The notes below the pieces were generated by a model. It saw only the letters and a program-made list of their open reading frames with translations. It searched no databases and had not been told where the DNA came from. A stretch of DNA of 64,000 nucleotides from an uncultured Candidatus Saccharibacteria bacterium (lineage in GTDB: Bacteria > Patescibacteriota > Minisyncoccia > UBA6257 > 2-01-FULL-56-20), in contig CAYIOP010000001.1 of assembly GCA_964365185.1 (NCBI GenBank), positions 112,673 to 176,672 of the forward strand, given 5' to 3'. A program made the translations under genes and the position numbers. This document shows, in pieces, positions 58,633-64,000 of this stretch. Within the stretch, counting starts at the first letter, position 1. Each line of letters begins with the position of its first letter.

Positions 58633-58917
58633 TTATTCTAATGTTCTCAAGAACTTGAGAATAGTTAAACCAAGAGGTGAAAGTTTGTGGCGAATGCTAT
58701 TGCCATCTGATCTTTTTAAAATCAGGCCGGCGATGGCCAATCGCCGAATGTGTTCGGAGGCGGTTTTGAAGTTAAGGTGGAGTTCGTTCGAAATATCAAT
58801 AACTGAAAGTTCTGGTTTATTATTTAAAAGTCCCAGAATTTCAATTCGCCGGTGGTTGGAAAAACCCCGAACCAATCTTTCTAATCTAAAATATTTTGTC
58901 CTTTTCCCCTCTTCCAT
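58633..58917 (-). CDS. ArsR/SmtB-family metalloregulatory repressor
   Basis: Winged HTH HRRIEILGLL...LSVIDISNEL...ASEHIRRLAIAGLI. Confidence 0.7.
   Translation of the reverse strand: MEEGKRTKYFRLERLVRGFSNHRRIEILGLLNNKPELSVIDISNELHLNFKTASEHIRRLAIAGLILKRSDGNSIRHKLSPLGLTILKFLRTLE
58636..58664. promoter_or_regulatory. Second related palindrome TATTCTAATGTTCTCAAG-AA-CTTGAGAATAG, overlapping the arsR 3' end and just upstream of the DUF1905 gene
   Basis: Shares the ATTCTAATGTTCT half-site with the 58952 site. Confidence 0.45.
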
Positions 58918-58951
58918 ATCTATTCCTGATTATACTATACCAAGTTCATCT

Positions 58952-58979
58952 ATTCTAATGTTCTTGAGAACATTAGAAT
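58952..58979. promoter_or_regulatory. Perfect 12-4-12 palindrome ATTCTAATGTTC-TTGA-GAACATTAGAAT: candidate ArsR/SmtB operator over the arsR promoter
   Basis: Sits 35-62 nt upstream of the arsR ATG. A TATAAT lies 9-14 nt upstream of the ATG. The TGTTC-N-GAACA core resembles SmtB/CzrA-type operators. Confidence 0.55.
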
Positions 58980-59070
58980 AGATGAAGGGGTGGGGCGGGG
59001 GTGATAAGAGGAGAAAAACAAAAACCGCCGCACGAGGTGTGGGCGGTTTTTGTTTTGTGCTTAGTGTTTT

Positions 59071-59268
59071 TTAAGCGCGGGAGACGTTAGTCGCGGCCGG
59101 GCCTTTGTCGCCATCGACAACTTCAAAAGTGACGGTATCGCCAACTTTGAGTTCATCGAAGGTAACACCTTGCAACTCCTTTGAATGGAAGAAAAGATCC
59201 TTGGCTTCGCCTTCGCGAGCAATGAATCCAAATCCCCTATCAGTCAGAGTCTTAATTGTACCTGTCAT
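59071..59268 (-). CDS. Cold-shock protein (CspA family)
   Basis: TGTIKTLTDRGFGFIAREGEAKDLFFH contains the RNP1/RNP2 motifs. Confidence 0.9.
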   Translation of the reverse strand: MTGTIKTLTDRGFGFIAREGEAKDLFFHSKELQGVTFDELKVGDTVTFEVVDGDKGPAATNVSRA

Positions 59269-59405
59269 TGATTTGTCTTTTTGTTGCTTTTTTGCTGCTT
59301 AGAAATCCGACTACATCTCTTAAACCTGCTTCTCTAGTATACTCTTATATTTCGACTTTGTCCATAGGGGGTGGAATTTAGGCCTATATTTCATATTAAG
59401 CCGCC

Positions 59406-59439
59406 CTCATTCCAGTGTTCTTAAAAACATTGGAATGAG
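59406..59439. promoter_or_regulatory. Third related palindrome CTCATTCCAGTGTTCTT-AAAA-ACATTGGAATGAG, upstream of the cold-shock gene
   Basis: 14-bp arms with one mismatch and a TGTTC...GAACA-like core. Confidence 0.4.
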
Positions 59440-59462
59440 GCAGGGATGGTTAGTAGTTTAAA

Positions 59463-59531
59463 CAACATTCTCACATTCTTCCTCCTTCGCTCTTAAGCTA
59501 CGGATGGACAGGTCAGAATGTGAGAATGTTG
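59463..59531 (-). terminator. Long hairpin with a 17-bp perfect stem, CAACATTCTCACATTCT...AGAATGTGAGAATGTTG. Likely terminator of the lexA-M-R-X block; a degenerate copy lies at 14696-14775
   Basis: Sits directly after the stop of the 59543 gene. On the minus strand the stem is followed by UUUAAAC. The related copy also follows a minus-strand gene's stop, at 14775. Confidence 0.45.
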
Positions 59532-59542
59532 CGGCGAGAGAG

Positions 59543-59935
59543 TTATCTCTCCCATTCTTTGATGTCAGGGGAAAAGTCGAGTTGGTAGTCAGGAATACCT
59601 AATGAAATACCAAATTTTGTGACTTCGTTGTATTGCTCGTTTTTACTTCTATCAACTTTAAAAACTTTGTTGCGGAAAATAATATAGTGGGTGGTGTTAT
59701 TTTTGAAGTCAACGTACCAGGAAGAATGTTCGCTATCCAGCGACTGGCTTATTTTTGTGGCAATGTTTTCGGCTTGGTCTTCAGGAATTTCAATAGTATG
59801 AAGCGTCCACTGGTTTAGCCAAGGAGTTTTATGTTCGTCGGTGACTTTTTCAACTTTGGTGCTTAAAATTTTGATATCTTTAAGAACCTCTTTATTTTCT
59901 AAACTTTCTTCAATAATTGTTCCGAGGTGGGGCAT
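59543..59935 (-). CDS. Hypothetical protein (130 aa), last gene of the lexA-M-R block
   Basis: ORF starts 25 nt after the endonuclease gene. No recognisable motifs. Confidence 0.5.
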   Translation of the reverse strand: MPHLGTIIEESLENKEVLKDIKILSTKVEKVTDEHKTPWLNQWTLHTIEIPEDQAENIATKISQSLDSEHSSWYVDFKNNTTHYIIFRNKVFKVDRSKNEQYNEVTKFGISLGIPDYQLDFSPDIKEWER

Positions 59936-59960
59936 GGGGATAACTTAAACTTGTTTTGCT

Positions 59961-60758
59961 CTAAAAACTTTTTAGAAAATCATTAAGTAAAAGCGAGCTT
60001 AGGGCGATTTGATTATTGGATAGATTCCTAACTGTTTGATATAAATTTTTAGCTTTTCTAGCAGCTTTATTCGCTGAAAGCCAGACTACTCCATCAATCA
60101 CGGCTATTCTGATGGTTTTTTTATCTTTCTTCTTAATAAAATTTATTGTCTCTCTAAAACTTTTATCTTGAGTTCCTCCACTGGTGGAAATAAATTTTGC
60201 TTCTCCGATTACAAATTTATCTCCCACTTTAAATACTAAATCTAAGCCCTTTGGTCCTTTGTATCCTAATTTTTTATGAGCAAATTCTTTAAGAGCTTTG
60301 TCTCCTCCGGCTAAAATTGCTACTTGACTTTTGGTGGTTAAAAAATTATCTGGTTTTAATATTGGATAATTTAATTTATATAACCACTTTTGAAACATTT
60401 GCCCCATCTGGCGAGACGACGATGAAGGACGCAGAGATCCATCGATAATTCCCTCAAGCCCTGTTCTGAAAAGACGCTCGCTAATTCTTTTCGTTGTTGC
60501 AGGATTTTTGTCTAAAGCTTTAGGATCTTTCCTTATAAACCCAACATAAGGATCATCAAATGGAAAACGTTCTAATTCAAGTAGGGTTAAAATAAGTTCT
60601 TTTTTATTTTTGTTTTTGAATGCGACTTCTATGTCCTTCCTCTTTTTTTGATTAATCTCTCGTCCTACTCCAATATTGACTGGATAGACATTACTTAATT
60701 TATCTAAGTATCCGTTCGAGTTAGCTAACTCAATACTTTTCTTTATCCAGGTATTCAT
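59961..60758 (-). CDS. Putative type II restriction endonuclease (PD-(D/E)xK fold)
   Basis: PD-D/ExK-like core GLDLVFKVGDKFVIGEAKF. The start was chosen at Met (MNTWIKK) at 60758, which gives an ATGA overlap with the methyltransferase stop. The longest ORF extends to 60857. Confidence 0.5.
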   Translation of the reverse strand: MNTWIKKSIELANSNGYLDKLSNVYPVNIGVGREINQKKRKDIEVAFKNKNKKELILTLLELERFPFDDPYVGFIRKDPKALDKNPATTKRISERLFRTGLEGIIDGSLRPSSSSRQMGQMFQKWLYKLNYPILKPDNFLTTKSQVAILAGGDKALKEFAHKKLGYKGPKGLDLVFKVGDKFVIGEAKFISTSGGTQDKSFRETINFIKKKDKKTIRIAVIDGVVWLSANKAARKAKNLYQTVRNLSNNQIALSSLLLNDFLKSF

Positions 60759-60759
60759 A

Positions 60760-61953
60760 TCACGAAAACAATACTCCTGTTTTTCTAGATTCGATAGGTA
60801 ATTGACCGAGAATCTTAGTGAAGTAAAGATAATTAATAAATTTATAAGTAAAATCAAACGATATTCTTTTTCTATCTTTGTCGCGGTAATTAGTTAAGAA
60901 GAGCGAAAATTGATCGTTTCTAAGTTGATTTATTTCTTTATTGAATAAATCAATTATTTTCTCTTGTATGTTTATGCTTAATTTATTCGAGTCGGAAATT
61001 AAATAAATCATATGCCTTGAGGTTGGTTTACTGATAAGGCATTTAACTCCGTGTTTTCTTATATCTTCTAAAGCAATTTTTCCATTTTCGCTACCACTAT
61101 CAATAGCTTTAAGAAACATAATATTAGAATTTATAATTTTTTTGAGAGAACTAGATACCTTAACTTCCTTTTTATTTTTAATGTGATTATAGGCGGCCTG
61201 AATTTTATATTGACCCGATTGAATATCACTTTCCACTAATCTTCTTATTTTTAGATGATTATCAACTATATTAATCGGATTTATTATTCTTCCGCCAATT
61301 GTCCAATGAAATTTTTTTTCAAGAAAGATTTTTGTTGAATTTTTTTCCGGGAAAAAATTAGTTTCTACTTCTTGATTTTCTGGATTATCACTCTTTCTAA
61401 TTGATCGATAATAAAAAGTTATAACATTAGAAGTGGTATCCGGGAAAACTTGCTGTTTAAAATAATTGATCTTAACTATCCTAAATTTTTCAAAGAATAA
61501 ATTTCGAATTTTACGAGAATTTTCGGCTGATAGAAAATTTATTGGAATTACTACGATTCCCTCCTTACTGTTAAGAATTGAATTTAAAGAAATCTGGTAC
61601 AAATCCTCAAACCCGCTACTTTTAAAATATTTTTCTTTAGTTTCTTTATCGGCTTTATTGATATTTAAATAGGGTGGATTTGTTACTATAAAATCATATT
61701 TTCTTTTCTCTTTTAAGCTGTCGCCATAAAAAATTATGCGATTATCGACTAAATTTTTATCAATCTCAAACCCTGCTACTGTTTTAGCGCCATTATTCCT
61801 TGCCCAAGATAAAAGATCTCCTGAGCCAGCGAATGGATCGGATATATTTTTATTAACCACAAATTTCTCTAGTCCTTGTAATACATAGTTTGAATTAACT
61901 GTAAAAAACTGACCTAATTGTTTTTTAAATTGTACGGTTGTTTCTGCTTGCAT
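60760..61953 (-). CDS. N6-adenine-specific DNA methyltransferase (FxGxG before NPPY; gamma-class-like)
   Basis: LGQFFT, motif I DPFAGSGDLL, motif IV TNPPY, and a long C-terminal target-recognition region. Confidence 0.8.
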   Translation of the reverse strand: MQAETTVQFKKQLGQFFTVNSNYVLQGLEKFVVNKNISDPFAGSGDLLSWARNNGAKTVAGFEIDKNLVDNRIIFYGDSLKEKRKYDFIVTNPPYLNINKADKETKEKYFKSSGFEDLYQISLNSILNSKEGIVVIPINFLSAENSRKIRNLFFEKFRIVKINYFKQQVFPDTTSNVITFYYRSIRKSDNPENQEVETNFFPEKNSTKIFLEKKFHWTIGGRIINPINIVDNHLKIRRLVESDIQSGQYKIQAAYNHIKNKKEVKVSSSLKKIINSNIMFLKAIDSGSENGKIALEDIRKHGVKCLISKPTSRHMIYLISDSNKLSINIQEKIIDLFNKEINQLRNDQFSLFLTNYRDKDRKRISFDFTYKFINYLYFTKILGQLPIESRKTGVLFS

Positions 61954-61969
61954 ATTTTTAGCGTATCTT

Positions 61970-62608
61970 TTACTTTATTGACTTCCAGGAACCGTTTTTG
62001 AGAACCGAGATGACTTTTCCTTTTAGTTCCATTTTGTCAGTAAATAGAATAATTTTATGCTTTGGGTTTTCGGGCTTTAAGTAGACGTAAGGCGGCTTAT
62101 CGTCCGAGATAAATCTTTTTATAGTGGAACCATCCTCGATACTTGCTAATACAATATCACCGGAAACAAATTCTTTTTGAGATTTTACTAAAACCGCATC
62201 GCCGTCGTCGATGCCGGCGTTAATCATTGAGTCGCCAGAAACTTTTAAAACAAAAACTTCGTCTTTTAGAAAAGACACATCGGATGTTGATGTGGTTTCC
62301 CATTCTCCGGAAATTTCTACCATTTCAAGTGGGGTGCCAGCTTTAGTGATTCCTAAGTTAGATATGAGCGGAGAAAATCCTAAAGTTTTAAATCCAGCAA
62401 AAGTGATTTTTAAACTTCGAGCAAATGAATCTCTATTTATTAATCCCGTTTGCTCAAGTTTTTTTAGGAGATCTAGAACAGATTGATTAGAGGAAACACC
62501 CAAATACCCTCTCATTTCTTCTAGGGTTGGCGAATATCCATTATCTCGTGTGTGTTCGTAAATTAGTTGGAGTAGTTCTTTTTGACGGTCCGTTATAAGG
62601 CCTTCCAT
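61970..62608 (-). CDS. lexA: LexA repressor (wHTH + S24 peptidase)
   Basis: N-terminus LITDRQKELLQLIYEHTRDNGYSPTLEEMRGYLGVSSNQSVLDLLKKLEQTGLI (LexA wing-helix). Cleavage-site-like KAG, catalytic Ser in VSGDSM, and Lys in TIKRF. Confidence 0.85.
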   Translation of the reverse strand: MEGLITDRQKELLQLIYEHTRDNGYSPTLEEMRGYLGVSSNQSVLDLLKKLEQTGLINRDSFARSLKITFAGFKTLGFSPLISNLGITKAGTPLEMVEISGEWETTSTSDVSFLKDEVFVLKVSGDSMINAGIDDGDAVLVKSQKEFVSGDIVLASIEDGSTIKRFISDDKPPYVYLKPENPKHKIILFTDKMELKGKVISVLKNGSWKSIK

Positions 62609-62614
62609 AATTAA

Positions 62615-62642
62615 ATTATAAACTGACCTTTTGGTCAGTCAA
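62615..62642 (-). promoter_or_regulatory. lexA promoter with an embedded palindromic operator ACTGACC-TTTT-GGTCAGT
   Basis: On the minus strand: TTGACT (62642-62637), a 16-nt spacer containing the palindrome (62622-62639), TATAAT (62620-62615), then ATG 6 nt later (leaderless). This is the classic autoregulatory layout. Confidence 0.6.
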
Positions 62643-62814
62643 TGTGGATAACTTTTTGAATATGCCCTTTAGGCGGGTTCGTTCAACTGGCTGGGGGGTG
62701 GAAGTAAAAAAAGCCCTGAATTTTTGGGAAAGACAGGACTCGTTGAGTCAAATTTAGAAAAAAATAAGGGGTTGCTTGTGGCAACCCCTTTTTGTTTCCT
62801 TTCTAATCTCGCGA

Positions 62815-63495
62815 TTATTGAATCGCTGTGTGAATCCTTCTTAAAGCACCTACCGGATCGGCAGCGTACATAATTGGACTGCCGCAGATTATAACCTCGG
62901 CTTTTTTCTCCTTGGCTACTGCAGGTTCGATTTTCTGCTTATGTCGATCATCAGCATAAGCAGAATCTCTTACGCCCGTGGCCCATTTTGGGATATCGAG
63001 CGCGGCAACAGCATCTAAAGCGGTGCCTGGAAGGATGGAGCCATCACAACCAACATCGATAGTTGTTTGAGTCAGGTGGTGGACTAAATCCACGAAAGAG
63101 CGTTTGAAATGTTTCCAGCAGTAGTCGTCGTCGAAGTGGGATAAAACCGTAACTCCGAGCACTTTGGTTTTTGAACTGCGGGTAGCTTCGATAACCTTGG
63201 GAAGAAGTGAATCAGCAAGAGCGTAGACGTTGAAGAAATCGACTTCATACCAAACCAGAGCTTTGGCTATATCAACCATAGTTCTGGTTCCGTTGCACAT
63301 TTTCAAGTCAACGAAAATGGGACGTTTGTAGTATTTGATTAATCTGAAAGCTCTTTCATAGCCGTGACGAAGGATATAATCAAGATTAATCTTTATCCCA
63401 AAATGAAGTCCGGTGCCGCAAAGAATCTGAAGGATGTCTAGAGTTTTTTCTTCGTCGCCAGAAAGATTGTCCGCAGCCACATAAAGAGTGGTCAT
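62815..63495 (-). CDS. Orotidine 5'-phosphate decarboxylase family protein (PyrF-like, with Asp-to-Asn in the DxKxxD motif)
   Basis: HFGIKINLD, FVDLKMCNGTRT (canonical DxKxxD reads DLKMCN), ATGVRDS, VIICGSPIMYAADP. Confidence 0.55.
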   Translation of the reverse strand: MTTLYVAADNLSGDEEKTLDILQILCGTGLHFGIKINLDYILRHGYERAFRLIKYYKRPIFVDLKMCNGTRTMVDIAKALVWYEVDFFNVYALADSLLPKVIEATRSSKTKVLGVTVLSHFDDDYCWKHFKRSFVDLVHHLTQTTIDVGCDGSILPGTALDAVAALDIPKWATGVRDSAYADDRHKQKIEPAVAKEKKAEVIICGSPIMYAADPVGALRRIHTAIQ

Positions 63496-64000
63496 TGCGT
63501 TCCTCCAGTCAACACAGGTTTAAGTCCCCTTTTTTCTTGCCAACTCAAGGGATTAGCGAGAAATTCTCTGTAGGCAGAAATTGCTTCCGTAGAATGGGTT
63601 ACATGTTTCGCGGCGACATAGAGAAGTTCTTCTAATGTGAAAAGATGAATCATCTCGACACTGTGATTGTGAAGGGTTTTGATTGATTCAGGATTTCCGT
63701 AGAAAAGAATGCAGGCGGCGTGAGTAACCACGCAACCGGCATCTCGGACCGCCTCGGCACTGTTGGTTGTGGTCTCGGCAAAATTCACCAACTCTTCAAC
63801 AATCAAACCGTTACTCCCTTTGGAAATATTCGGATTGTCTTTATGGCCTACGAGAAGTTCTTGTTGCCCACCTTTTTTCCGAGTTCCGCGGGCGTAGACA
63901 AAAGGAACAGGTCGGCCGAGTAAAATTTCGAGATACTCACTTAGGACCCAGCCAGGAACTTGGCCGCCACTGACATTGCCGACGACAAAATCAATATCCG
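63492..64000 (-). CDS. Type I phosphoribosyltransferase (orotate PRTase-like). Partial; the 5' end runs past the window end
   Basis: The frame continues upstream of the listed ORF (the TTG was read as Met). A PRPP-motif-like segment GLIVEELVNFAETTTNSAEAV. Adjacent to the pyrF-like gene. Confidence 0.45.
   Translation of the reverse strand, partial: DIDFVVGNVSGGQVPGWVLSEYLEILLGRPVPFVYARGTRKKGGQQELLVGHKDNPNISKGSNGLIVEELVNFAETTTNSAEAVRDAGCVVTHAACILFYGNPESIKTLHNHSVEMIHLFTLEELLYVAAKHVTHSTEAISAYREFLANPLSWQEKRGLKPVLTGGTQ

Noticed and set aside
1-64000. CRISPR arrays, rRNA genes, integrases, transposases, reverse transcriptases
   Set aside because: I found no regularly spaced direct repeats with unique spacers, no rRNA-like conserved blocks, and no ORF with integrase, transposase or RT motifs. 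Repeats present are dispersed inverted repeats, not arrays.

Overview
Low-GC, gene-dense window with about 78 protein-coding genes, about 90% on the minus strand, tightly packed or overlapping. Gene content and many short hypothetical membrane or secreted proteins fit a small-genome, Patescibacteria/CPR-like bacterium; this is inference from the sequence only. Recognisable housekeeping genes are nfo (partial), truB, metK, dinB, tsaC, uvrC, uvrA, uvrB, secA, hpf, murB, tpiA, a reduced dcw cluster mraZ-rsmH-ftsL-ftsI-murF, a cold-shock protein and a pyrF-like/PRTase pair (partial). One tRNA-Glu(CUC) is present; no rRNA or CRISPR array was seen. Accessory content: (1) lexA, an N6-adenine DNA methyltransferase, a PD-(D/E)xK endonuclease and an unknown gene in one co-directional block, with a palindromic operator over lexA's consensus promoter; (2) a heavy-metal cluster (DUF305, a CPH-motif P1B ATPase, a DsbD/CcdA-like protein and several membrane/secreted proteins with vicinal Cys pairs) next to an ArsR/SmtB regulator with three 12-N-12 palindromic operators; (3) a 583-aa multi-zinc-ribbon Cys-rich protein beside a SAM methyltransferase and a Nudix hydrolase; (4) a tRNA-Glu locus with a GIY-YIG nuclease gene between a 22-nt duplicate of the tRNA 5' end and the intact tRNA, plus a degenerate duplicate of the tRNA 3' end downstream; (5) at least three intergenic repeat families, including a 30-nt GGAGG-containing double hairpin found only at DNA-repair genes (once in-frame inside uvrC) and an 8-copy MITE-like inverted-repeat element; (6) several promoter-to-terminator non-coding RNA candidates. 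Every function is called from motif-level reading of the translations, and no database search was possible.
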